Virus record (IMG/VR): IMGVR_UViG_3300031994_000006
Span: 143,795 to 207,794 of that record
Strand: one strand, 5' to 3'
DNA: 64,000 bases
Source of the DNA: a virus
Taxonomy: Duplodnaviria; Caudoviricetes
Both the position numbers and the translations under genes were made by a program. Positions 11,401 to 18,549 of the stretch are shown one piece after another. Every line of letters starts with the position of its first letter. Position 1 is the first letter of the stretch. Below the pieces are notes generated by a model. It worked only from the letters and a program-made list of their open reading frames with translations. It made no database searches and had not been told where the DNA came from.

Positions 11401-12151
11401 GGCTGGGGTCGACTCGCCCAGTCCGGATCCGGCGCAGAAGGAGACGAAGGTCGGGTCCGCCGACTACGAGCCTGCCCACAAGGAGGCCAGGGTCGAGAGT
11501 CCTGAATACACCCCCGAGCTGAAGGAGGCCGCCGTGAAGTCCCCCGACTATGAGCCTGCCCGCAAGGAGGCCAGGGTCGAGTCTGAGGAACCGTCCAACA
11601 GGATGAAGGAGGCCGTCGTCGTATCGCCCTATCAGGCCGCGGGCATGAGGGAAGCAAGGGTCGAGTCCCCGTCATATGAGCCCAGACTCAGGCCGCTGCT
11701 TGTCGGAGAGGACGGAATACCGGTCAGCGGCGAGCTCGTCGAACAGGAGGTCAGTTCGCCGGAACCTGAGCCGGAGCTTGACCGGTCAAGGCCCGAGGAG
11801 CCTGCAGAGGAGATACCCGAGGAGCCCAGGATACTGTCGGCCGCCGATATGTTCAGGTCGAACTACACACCGGCGCTCTCGCGTGCGGAGATAATAGATA
11901 AGTACGCGCATAAAAAGGAGCCTTCCGCCGTAAAGGAGACCGTGGCCTCTCCCTGGTCGGATCAGACGGTCAGGGACGAGCTCAGGGCTGACGGGACCGT
12001 CGGAGGCATGCTCGACGCGTATTCAAGGCTCAAGGAAGAGGGGCGGATAGGCCGTCCGGACAAGGTCGACGATCCGAAGGTCGGCTCCAATGATCCCAAG
12101 AGGCCGAGCGCCGCGGACAAGGGACGCAGGATAAACAAGCAGATACTATAA
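8480..12151 (+). CDS. large putative baseplate/tail protein with repetitive C-terminal half
   Basis: 1223 aa; globular N-terminus, 13-aa and 14-aa tandem repeats; directly upstream of the gp5-like gene; GATATATA motif at 8449. Confidence 0.65.
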   Translation: MLTENFNIRKGFQFKERFERAPFEQRWDEPTYLTFKIEFDFDDVYSRLTSEMSFDDIPQGLLILPVTRLDPDPGETLELLVKELDPYDGQGQGAGFEESLIGSDSGYNQRINKYIGNVSDDKRYSALEYLLRRNEDYRAWCLARFLQGLTALQNEYQYYFQEIQGLDALSGLTPDKGWQIDKNAVITIKCLEGLDQKVKYLFYLYREAAWDAEYQRWILPDIYRYFKMNIFVSEIRTFHQSNFAESGAAADLLTSIATKYVNKWANQFLDKVADWTKGAIDVNVNMDLQRLNIISTAVPITCFRCEMCDFDIARNMYSDSYSINNDRPEESVLKIRVKKCEILNHWKIGGKDGILLKNLKSWLERQYGPDRAHAAYGFIQEGMHDEMWFNGTENLSDDDKSRGYSKVIADGWGMNAARGVLDTLSGKNGSGILDMAAGIYSTVKNAVAERRATKGEYVESAATNPSDEQESALISLVLTQMYANAMAAPAGTLSQAELEALRIAAHPSERLSDSSVYETIINQVAIIPHTHEPLFQDETIDGSVVQSAMPSFNMAEVEVGRFKDVSLRDVSVYGFADTSVESPDPSMMLADTSFRGVPLGELADTSFREVPLGELADTSFREVSVGRLVDTSFRGVPLGRLKPTSFREVSVGKLADTSFREVPLGGLSDTSFREVSVGVLADVSLTGSGPGGFADVSLTGSEPGGFTDVSIWSPGVDPILWPLGIPGDVDASTDSSVEIGEYEMLGLRDLDGVITGTGPGSFRPVEVSGVMHETSVGGLDGDYSPSFAEQEMTGTYNDPDMGEYSMTGAEPGAMAEVIVSSPDRPAGRIETAVDSAGRVPEMYETAVLSPVPVPAEVREQQIAGYEADNIPVREAQITGYGDIQSEVRETLIMGPDYSPMAPQVPSMQAPAVQTEPGDARPQGRDYAPVMSEAGVSSPDPDMSVAEHEVSSPAPEMPQGETRVDSPAPDMKVKEAGVDSPSPDPAQKETKVGSADYEPAHKEARVESPEYTPELKEAAVKSPDYEPARKEARVESEEPSNRMKEAVVVSPYQAAGMREARVESPSYEPRLRPLLVGEDGIPVSGELVEQEVSSPEPEPELDRSRPEEPAEEIPEEPRILSAADMFRSNYTPALSRAEIIDKYAHKKEPSAVKETVASPWSDQTVRDELRADGTVGGMLDAYSRLKEEGRIGRPDKVDDPKVGSNDPKRPSAADKGRRINKQIL
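10170..10610 (+). repeat. 39-nt coding tandem repeat (LADTSFREVPLGE-like)
   Basis: Repeated GCCGATACCTCGTTCAGGGAGGT-like units. Confidence 0.85.
11270..11680 (+). repeat. 42-nt coding tandem repeat (KEARVESPDYEPAR-like)
   Basis: Repeated AAGGAGGCCAGGGTCGAGTC-like units. Confidence 0.75.
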
Positions 12152-12161
12152 GACAGCAGAC

Positions 12162-12926
12162 ATGGACGCACAGGTACCACAGGTAGACCCGAACAAGTTC
12201 TATACGGGCGAGATTATCGACAACAGGGATCCGGACAAGCGCGGCAGGTGCAAGGTCCGCGTCATGAACGTCATGGACGGATTCGACGACAACTTCGTGC
12301 CGTGGGCATACCCGGCCATGATGTCGGTGTTCGCGGGCGAGGCGGGCGGAAACCTGTCCGTACCGAAGAAGGGCACGACGGTCCGCGTCAAGTTCATCGA
12401 CGGCGACGTGGCGCAGCCCGAGTACTACGCGACGCAGAAGGTCGACCACAACCTGACCAGGGAGATCAAGGACGACTATATCGGCTCGCACGTGCTCCTG
12501 TACGACCATGAGAAGGACCTGGCCGTCATATACCAGCCGAACGCCGGCATACGCGTCTACCTGCAGGGCAGCTTCGTGCAGATAAGCGCCGACGGCATGA
12601 TTACGATAAACCATGCCGGTAATACGGGTATCATACAGCTGAAGAAGGAGGATATAGACGCCGTCGCCAAGAACGACATCACGATAAACGGACTGAACAA
12701 CGTCAGCCTCGAGTCGAAGGTCGTGAACATCCAGGGAGCCGAGGCCGTGAATATCCAGGGCGACAGGCCCGACGAGGTCGCGGTCAACGGAAGGGCGCTG
12801 ATAGACCTGCTCCTGTACATGGCCCAGATGATAGACACGAAGGCCTATATGACGCCGGGCGTGTGCGTCGGCGAGGTCGCGGCGAGGATCCCGGCGATCC
12901 TCAATGAGAAGATCCACTACACCTGA
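12162..12926 (+). CDS. baseplate central spike, T4 gp5/VgrG N-terminal OB-fold type
   Basis: YTGEIIDNRDPDKRGRCKVRV...PWAYP...SVPKKGTTVRVKFIDGD..QPEY, followed by beta-strand repeats. Confidence 0.85.
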   Translation: MDAQVPQVDPNKFYTGEIIDNRDPDKRGRCKVRVMNVMDGFDDNFVPWAYPAMMSVFAGEAGGNLSVPKKGTTVRVKFIDGDVAQPEYYATQKVDHNLTREIKDDYIGSHVLLYDHEKDLAVIYQPNAGIRVYLQGSFVQISADGMITINHAGNTGIIQLKKEDIDAVAKNDITINGLNNVSLESKVVNIQGAEAVNIQGDRPDEVAVNGRALIDLLLYMAQMIDTKAYMTPGVCVGEVAARIPAILNEKIHYT

Positions 12927-13116
12927 TATAGGAGCGGAGGTAATCCTCTGACACCTCTTTGTAGGCGCGCCTGTTTACGGATACGTAGACGGGCTTTCCC
13001 GTCTTCATATGGCAGCCGAGCGCCTGATCTGCCTCGGTGAACCATCTGGTGCCCCTGTCGAGGATTTTGCCGGTCGGGGTCCTGCCCTCGCCTACCCTGA
13101 ATATTATGTCGTCCAT
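12901..13116 (-). CDS. hypothetical protein
   Basis: 71 aa ORF with GGATATATA motif just upstream. Confidence 0.5.
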   Translation of the reverse strand: MDDIIFRVGEGRTPTGKILDRGTRWFTEADQALGCHMKTGKPVYVSVNRRAYKEVSEDYLRSYIRCSGSSH

Positions 13117-13184
13117 GCCCTATATATCCTGTGACTGTATGTCCTGCCGGACGTTTAAATTGATGAGATATAACCGTTTTTATA

Positions 13185-14378
13185 ATGAGACAGATTGTAT
13201 TGTGTATTGACTGGAGCAACATAGCGTTCCGCAGCCTCTATATGATGGGCGGATACGGCAGCGCCCCGGGATCGTTCGACACCAAGGACGAGTGCGACCG
13301 CTACATCGGCAAGATGGCGACGGACATCGCGTATATCGTAAGGTCGTTCATGCCGTCCAAGGTGATTTTCTGTACGGACTCCAAGCATTCGTGGCGCAAG
13401 GACGTCTACGAGGACTACAAGGCCAACCGTGAGCGTCCTGACACGTTCAACTGGGACAACATCTTCGACGCGCTCAACCGCTTCAAGGCCCATCTGGAGT
13501 CCAAGGGCTACCTGTTCGCCGAGACCGAGCATGCCGAGGCGGACGATCTGATGGCGCTCATCAAGGAGACCGTCATCGACGCGGGATATCCGGATCTCGC
13601 GAACATGAATGTCATACTGGTGTCGGCCGACGCCGATATCCGTCAGCTTATCACCTTCAACAAGGACACGCACCAGTACTGCGCGGTGTTCAATGAGATA
13701 GGCCGCGGACCCGGCGGCTTCAAGCACATCTACGTCACACCGGAGATGCTCGAGTGGTACAACGACACCACGACCGGCAACGACATCTTCTTCACTGGCC
13801 TCGACGCCGACCGTCAGTACCTCAAGGGCATACTCGACTCCAACCTCAAGATCCGCATCGAGGCGGTCGATCCGGAGTCGGTCCTGCTCACCAAGATATT
13901 CTGCGGCGACGACGGCGACAACGTGCCCGCGTTCTATGACTGGTACGGCAGTACCGGCAAGAAGGTCCGCGTGACGGCCACTAAGCAGAAGGCGCTGCTC
14001 GAGGCCCTTGGCGTGAATACGATGGCAGCGCTCGAGGCCGTAGGCCCTGAGGAGCTTCACAGCGCGCTCGAGACTGCGTGCAAGCGTGAGATTATAGATA
14101 TCAGCGCGCCTGAGCGGCTGGAGCGGCAGAAGAAGCTCGTCGAGCTCAAATCGTCCAATTTCCCGAAGTCCATCCGGCTGTACGCCGCCGACGTGCTTCA
14201 GATGCTTCAGGACGGCAGATACCTGCAGAACGTAATATCGCTCAAGATGGATGATCTCATCAAGGGTTCCGACTTCGAGCAGACGCTGAAGCACGGCAAC
14301 GCCAGGATGGCCGAGGTGTTCCAGGGACTCGACAAGTATATCGCCGACAACCAGATTCAAGTGACCAAGTTGCTCTGA
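13185..14378 (+). CDS. rnh: 5'-3' exonuclease / T4 RNase H-like (FEN family)
   Basis: CIDWSNIAFR, WRKDVYEDYKANR, EADDLM, SADADIRQL and GDDGDNVP motifs. Confidence 0.88.
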   Translation: MRQIVLCIDWSNIAFRSLYMMGGYGSAPGSFDTKDECDRYIGKMATDIAYIVRSFMPSKVIFCTDSKHSWRKDVYEDYKANRERPDTFNWDNIFDALNRFKAHLESKGYLFAETEHAEADDLMALIKETVIDAGYPDLANMNVILVSADADIRQLITFNKDTHQYCAVFNEIGRGPGGFKHIYVTPEMLEWYNDTTTGNDIFFTGLDADRQYLKGILDSNLKIRIEAVDPESVLLTKIFCGDDGDNVPAFYDWYGSTGKKVRVTATKQKALLEALGVNTMAALEAVGPEELHSALETACKREIIDISAPERLERQKKLVELKSSNFPKSIRLYAADVLQMLQDGRYLQNVISLKMDDLIKGSDFEQTLKHGNARMAEVFQGLDKYIADNQIQVTKLL

Positions 14379-14379
14379 C

Positions 14380-14778
14380 ATGGAAGATTACGAATATAAT
14401 GACAATCCGCGGAAGGGACTGACCGTTCCCTGGCCCGAGACCGTCGTCCGGTTCGGTTCCGCGATGATCAGGCTCGACTATGTGATGTCTCTGCAGTTCG
14501 GCGTCACGGGCCTCGATCAGGACATGTTCACACATTTCGTCAAGGTCATGTACGTCTCCAACCAGGAGCAGGTGCTGACGGGATCCCGTGAGGCGGTGTT
14601 CCACCTGCTCGAGCAGCTCGGCGACCGTAACTATTATGACAGGGTTACGCTCGCGTCTGTCACCAAGTTCGTACAGTCGCTTGACGATGTCAAGACACAG
14701 GAGGATGTTATGAAGGCTTTCGCGGCGGCGCAGGAGGCGCAGGAGGCGAAGAAACAGAAGAAGCCGAAGAATGACTGA
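14380..14778 (+). CDS. hypothetical protein
   Basis: 132 aa ORF coupled to rnh. Confidence 0.65.
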   Translation: MEDYEYNDNPRKGLTVPWPETVVRFGSAMIRLDYVMSLQFGVTGLDQDMFTHFVKVMYVSNQEQVLTGSREAVFHLLEQLGDRNYYDRVTLASVTKFVQSLDDVKTQEDVMKAFAAAQEAQEAKKQKKPKND

Positions 14779-14797
14779 TTCCGTAATGTGAGCGAAT

Positions 14798-14860
14798 GCT
14801 GAATCCTGCAGATAAACGCTGCAGGATTTTTCTGTTTCGGGGAAATCCGCTATCTTTGCG
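14798..14860 (+). promoter_or_regulatory. conserved hairpin + Bacteroidota-type promoter module, copy 2
   Basis: GCTGAATCCTGCAG-ATAAACG-CTGCAGGATTTTT, then TATCTTTG (14851-14858) matching the Bacteroidota -7 consensus TAnnTTTG. Confidence 0.7.
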
Positions 14861-14910
14861 CCGTTGAAATAACGAATAACAGGAATACGGTAACAAAAAA
14901 AGATCAGATT

Positions 14911-15270
14911 ATGTCACGCACATTCAAGAAGAACATCCGCTGCTTCGTATGCTGCGGCAGCAATACGGAGTATTACAGGGCACGCCGCCGCAAGGTACGC
15001 CGCCGCTGTAATCATCAGCTTCGTACCCTTATGGCGAACCGCCTCCCCGAGGACGTCGACGACCTCTGGACCGATCCCTGCCTGCCGAAGGAGGATCAGT
15101 GGGACGAGCCTACTGACGGCCACTGGCATGAGAACCTGGATACTCTTAAGATGAATATCCGCATCTACGGACCCAAGGGCCTCTACTATGCCGACATGAA
15201 GCAGTTCAAGTACTACCTCAAGCCCCGTGTAAGCAGGTTTAAGGAAAAGATTTGCATTTTTTTGCATTAA
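14911..15270 (+). CDS. hypothetical basic protein
   Basis: 119 aa ORF (MSRTFKK...) behind the promoter module. Confidence 0.65.
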   Translation: MSRTFKKNIRCFVCCGSNTEYYRARRRKVRRRCNHQLRTLMANRLPEDVDDLWTDPCLPKEDQWDEPTDGHWHENLDTLKMNIRIYGPKGLYYADMKQFKYYLKPRVSRFKEKICIFLH

Positions 15271-15327
15271 AACGGATTTTTTGGGAAAGTCCGTGAATAT
15301 ATAAAATGAATTCAATCTGACAAAGGT

Positions 15328-15441
15328 ATGATTTTCGCAATAACAAATATACGTCCGGTGAACGTCTACGGTAATGATGACCGCAGGCGCGAAGGTACGT
15401 ATGCAGAGGCCGGAAGGCCCGAGGGTTATACGGAAATATAA
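15328..15441 (+). CDS. putative attenuator leader peptide A (MIFAITNIRPVNVYGNDDRRREGTYAEAGRPEGYTEI)
   Basis: 37 codons; 34 of 36 post-start codons are read by tRNAs of the downstream array (counting Tyr via the aberrant GTA tRNAs); stop codon abuts the antiterminator arm. Confidence 0.75.
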   Translation: MIFAITNIRPVNVYGNDDRRREGTYAEAGRPEGYTEI

Positions 15442-15443
15442 TG

Positions 15444-15550
15444 ATCCTGTCAGAAATTCAAGTTCAGATGAGTGCTGATTAGAGATTTCGGAATTATTGA
15501 ATGATATGAACGGATGACAGGATTACCGGAGACGGGAATCCTGTTTTTTT
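15444..15550 (+). terminator. attenuator A: antiterminator arm plus intrinsic terminator
   Basis: ATCCTGTCA (15444-15452) is the exact complement of TGACAGGAT (15515-15523), the 5' arm of the terminator ACAGGATT-ACCGGAGACGGG-AATCCTGT-TTTTTT. Confidence 0.75.
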
Positions 15551-15656
15551 ATGCCTGACGATGTGACCGGCCGTAAACCGGAGCGTTTTATAGATACAAG
15601 GCGACTGCGGCCGCCTGGCAAGAAGGGCCTCAAGGGGTCCGGGCCGAAAACCGCGG

Positions 15657-15673
15657 AGTTCTTTGACATATTG
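15657..15673 (+). promoter_or_regulatory. rrn boxA-like antitermination site
   Basis: AGTTCTTTGACATATTG, recurring with small variations at 23864 and 30177 at the heads of tRNA runs. Confidence 0.65.
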
Positions 15674-15715
15674 ATACATGATATAGCAAGGGTGCGGATT
15701 CGTCCGCACCTGTCT

Positions 15716-15790
15716 GGGGGATTAGCTCAGCCTGGTTAGAGCGCCTGCATGGCATGCAGGAGGTCACGGGTCCGAATCCCGTATCCTCCA
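15716..15790 (+). tRNA. tRNA-Ala(GGC)
   Basis: Cloverleaf, anticodon loop ATGGCAT, T-loop TCCGAAT. Confidence 0.9.
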
Positions 15791-15803
15791 CACTATTTTA
15801 ATT

Positions 15804-15897
15804 GCCGAGATAACGGCGTTGGTCTGTAAAACCAATCTGCTTTAACAAATTGTCGTAGTGGACTCGCAGTAAGCAGGTTCGAATCCTGCTCTCGGCA
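15804..15897 (+). tRNA. aberrant tRNA-Tyr(GTA): no D-arm, long variable region
   Basis: GCCGAGA/TCTCGGC acceptor, TTGGT-CTGTAAA-ACCAA anticodon arm, perfect T arm; only 8 nt between acceptor and anticodon stem. Confidence 0.6.
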
Positions 15898-15906
15898 CAT
15901 TTATCT

Positions 15907-16356
15907 TAACAGAGCCTCCGTAAGCCGAGGAGAAAGGGCGTTGCAGAGCGGTCACCGGGACCTGTCATGAGTTCCGCCCGCCGATGACGCAGCCCGAATG
16001 CGGTGAAGTCCGATATACCGCATACCGTTGGCCGGCTGGGAATCGAAGGTGACGGCACGGAAGGGCGGACCTCCTGCCTGCAGGCACTGAGTTAGGGACA
16101 CAGATTCCGGGATGTCGGGAACACGGTCAAGGTAACGGACAGGCTCTGAACCATAACAGTATGACTGCTCTAATCCGGCGGACGCGCCGGTGGTAATGAG
16201 GCGCCCCATACGCGCTCTCCCCTCCATGGCCAATCGGGGAAGCTCTCGGGGACTGTGAAGGGAAGTCCTGTAGAAGCGACGGGGCGAAGGTCACAGCGGA
16301 AGGTCACGTCCGAAGGTCAAAGGGTGTGATTTAGCGTGCAAAGGCACATGCTGTTA
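15907..16356 (+). ncRNA. large (~450 nt) structured ncRNA candidate
   Basis: No credible ORF; long-range complementarities TAACAG/CTGTTA, CAGAGCCT/AGGCTCTG, TCCGCCC/GGGCGGA; lies between tRNAs. Confidence 0.5.
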
Positions 16357-16359
16357 TTT

Positions 16360-16431
16360 GCGGGTATAGCTCAGGGGTAGAGCGTCTGCTTGCCATGCAG
16401 AAGGCCGTGGGTCCGAATCCCATTACCCGCT
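16360..16431 (+). tRNA. tRNA-Gly(GCC)
   Basis: Cloverleaf, loop TTGCCAT, T-loop TCCGAAT. Confidence 0.9.
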
Positions 16432-16439
16432 CATACCTT

Positions 16440-16511
16440 GCCCTGGTAGCTCAGCGGTAGAGCGCCTGCCTTGTAAGCAGGATGTCGTCGGTTCGAATCC
16501 GGCCCGGGGCT
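16440..16511 (+). tRNA. tRNA-Thr(TGT)
   Basis: Cloverleaf, loop CTTGTAA. Confidence 0.92.
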
Positions 16512-16643
16512 CGTCGAAAGAGATTTGAGGCTCAACGTAACGTCGGCAGTCCCTGAAGCCGTAAGGCGTATTCAAACTGCTGCCCGATCGTAGGTGCGGG
16601 AAGATTCGGTTCCGTTTTCCGGTTATAATAACGGACATTTTCA

Positions 16644-16777
16644 TGCTGGTTTACGCAGTATATCGGCGACTGCACCGGGGCGTACATCCGGACCCTTTCT
16701 GGAAAACCGTCGCAACCGCGGATAAGCGGCGGTGACTATAGCGGGGGTATGAAGGTTCGACTCCTTCGAAGGCACCA
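16644..16777 (+). ncRNA. tRNA-like RNA (GTA loop) with very large variable arm and encoded CCA
   Basis: D arm GCAGT/ACTGC, CCGGG-GCGTACA-TCCGG, ~55-60 nt insert, GAAGG-TTCGACT-CCTTC, ends GGCACCA; imperfect acceptor stem. Confidence 0.5.
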
Positions 16778-16783
16778 AAACTC

Positions 16784-16996
16784 AGTGACGAAGTTTAACG
16801 GATGCTTCCACCTGGGATCCGTGGGGCGGCGCGAATCTGCAGAGCGCCGTGAAACCTGCGCAGCCAGGTTAAAAGGGACGGGATTAGAGGCCAAGCAAGC
16901 CATGGATAAAGCGAGGAGCCGAGTTGACCGTCTTGGAATGCGAAGAACTCCGGCGTAATGAGCCGGGAGTAGCGGGTTCGACTCCCGCCGTCGCTA
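16784..16996 (+). ncRNA. tRNA-like RNA with ~148-nt D-loop insertion (anticodon loop GTAATGA)
   Basis: AGTGACG/CGTCGCT acceptor, GTTT/GAAC D stem, CCGGC/GCCGG anticodon stem, canonical T arm. Confidence 0.6.
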
Positions 16997-17174
16997 CAAT
17001 CGGGATCGGCTGAACGCCGTCTGCTGCAGTCAGCCACGGAATTGCTACTCGTGGTAGCCTTGTGCATTTGTGTACAGGACGAACCGACGCAGGTTAAATG
17101 ACTGTTTACCGGTATGTCGGGTACCGGGGCGGTGAAGATGACGCGAGGCCTTGCGCAGGTCCCGAGCTTTATAC

Positions 17175-17304
17175 GGGGTGTTCCTGCAGTGTCTCAGGAC
17201 CGGGCCGGAGCGGTGAAAGCATGCTGTAGTAGCCGCAGGCCGTCGGTTCCGCACTCAAAAGAAGGGCACGTGTACATGACGCAGGATAAAGTGCACATCC
17301 CACC
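17175..17304 (+). ncRNA. structured ncRNA, paralogue 1 of a GAGCGG-TGAAA-GCATGCT-AGTAGCC family
   Basis: 7-bp terminal stem GGGGTGT/ACATCCC + ACC; core shared with 17605-17729. Confidence 0.55.
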
Positions 17305-17348
17305 CATGACGGCAGCCGGGCCTCCGTCTTATAAATTGTCCGGCACGA

Positions 17349-17421
17349 GGAGCAGTAGTTCAGCTGGTAGAGCGCCACCCTGTCACGGTGGAAGTCGCGG
17401 GTTCGAGTCCCGTCTGTTCCG
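17349..17421 (+). tRNA. tRNA-Asp(GTC)
   Basis: Cloverleaf, loop CTGTCAC. Confidence 0.92.
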
Positions 17422-17604
17422 CATTATGGAGAGACCCCGGGGTCCAAGTCCGCCCGAACACGCGGAAAGGTCGCGACGAGTACGTGTGCAAGGCTCGGGC
17501 CGGTATTACCATGGCGCCTGTGTTGATTCCGGACACAATGGCTCTCCACCTATACGGTTCGATTTGCCGGTCAGACGCCGGGTCCGTTCAAAACCCGGCA
17601 AGCC

Positions 17605-17729
17605 GGGATGCACAGGATAATCCTGTATGCGCTGAGCGGGGTGAAATGCATGCTAAGTAGCCTCCAGTAGGTGTATACAAGGAGAGTAAAAGGGCGATCG
17701 GCATATGCCTGTAGCGTCCGCGTCCCACC
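17605..17729 (+). ncRNA. structured ncRNA, paralogue 2 of the same family
   Basis: 7-bp terminal stem GGGATGC/GCGTCCC + ACC; shared core motifs. Confidence 0.55.
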
Positions 17730-17764
17730 GATACGGTTCCCGGTTCTCCGTGAAACCGGGCTAT

Positions 17765-17836
17765 GCGGAAGTAGCTCAGTGATAGAGCATCTGCCTTCCA
17801 AGCAGAGGGTCGCGGGTTTGAGCCCCGTCTTCCGCT
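17765..17836 (+). tRNA. tRNA-Gly(TCC)
   Basis: Cloverleaf, loop CTTCCAA. Confidence 0.9.
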
Positions 17837-17881
17837 CATACATGCCGGGTGATCCGCGGTTGCATCGCCGCGCCGGCTCCA

Positions 17882-17953
17882 GCTTCTGTAGCTCAGTGGT
17901 AGAGCAATTCACTGTTAATGAAAAGGTCGCAGGTTCGATCCCTGCCGGGAGCG
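17882..17953 (+). tRNA. tRNA-Asn(GTT)
   Basis: Cloverleaf, loop CTGTTAA. Confidence 0.88.
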
Positions 17954-17960
17954 CTTAAAT

Positions 17961-18036
17961 TGGGGTGTAGCTCAGTCGGTTAGAGCGGCGGACTGTTAAT
18001 CCGTGTCTCGCGTGGGTTCGATTCCCACCTCCCCAG
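17961..18036 (+). tRNA. tRNA-Asn(GTT)
   Basis: Cloverleaf, loop CTGTTAA. Confidence 0.88.
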
Positions 18037-18040
18037 CGTT

Positions 18041-18114
18041 TGTACTGTAGCATCAGCGGGCCTATGCACCCCGGTGGTCCGGGGAGATCGGCGGTTCGAA
18101 TCCGCCCGGTACAG
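18041..18114 (+). ncRNA. tRNA-like RNA lacking a 7-nt anticodon loop
   Basis: Acceptor, D and T arms intact; anticodon arm is CCCCGG-TGGT-CCGGGG. Confidence 0.6.
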
Positions 18115-18122
18115 CATAATAT

Positions 18123-18244
18123 GGGGTCTTCGTTCAATGGAAGGTAAGCGCGCGATTGAGGACCTGGCGGAAAGCCGGTCCCGATTTCCTGCCGAAGGAT
18201 GCCGGGGAGACCCGGTGATTGACGTTCGAATCGTCGAGGCCCCG
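18123..18244 (+). ncRNA. tRNA-like RNA with 61-nt D-loop and GAGA tetraloop in place of the anticodon loop
   Basis: GGGGTCT/AGGCCCC acceptor, CCGGG-GAGA-CCCGG, TGACG-TTCGAAT-CGTCG. Confidence 0.6.
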
Positions 18245-18377
18245 CATAGACGTTCGGAGCATCCTGTTTCGTAAGATGCATCGCACTCGGCAGGATCAAC
18301 CCGGATGCGAAGGAGGTGACCGGCACTTCGGCACAGCGCTCAATACCGGAAAATCCGGACCTCCTTTTTACACATAA

Positions 18378-18451
18378 GGGCCTGTAGCTCAGTTGGTTAG
18401 AGCAACAGACTCATAATCTGGAGGTCGTGGGTTCAAGCCCCTCCAGGCCCA
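18378..18451 (+). tRNA. tRNA-Ile2(CAT), probably lysidine type reading ATA
   Basis: Loop CTCATAA; GGGCCTG acceptor with A73 resembles bacterial Ile2; leader A has three ATA codons. Confidence 0.8.
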
Positions 18452-18455
18452 CTCT

Positions 18456-18541
18456 GGCAGGCTATGCGGTGCCGATACTTCTGCGGTGGCTGAACACATT
18501 CGACTGTAAATCGAACTTAAAACGGCCCGTAATCCCCTGCT
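18456..18541 (+). ncRNA. Y-RNA-like scaffold copy 1 (Tyr GTA anticodon-arm insert)
   Basis: GGCTAT...TACTTCT stem enclosing TTCGA-CTGTAAA-TCGAA. Confidence 0.6.
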
Positions 18542-18549
18542 TGTCTCTA

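Noticed and set aside
15907-16356. RNase P RNA (also considered for 24905-25183)
   Set aside because: The P4 signatures GAGGAAAGTCC and ACAGAA...GGCTTA are not present as a pair in either region.
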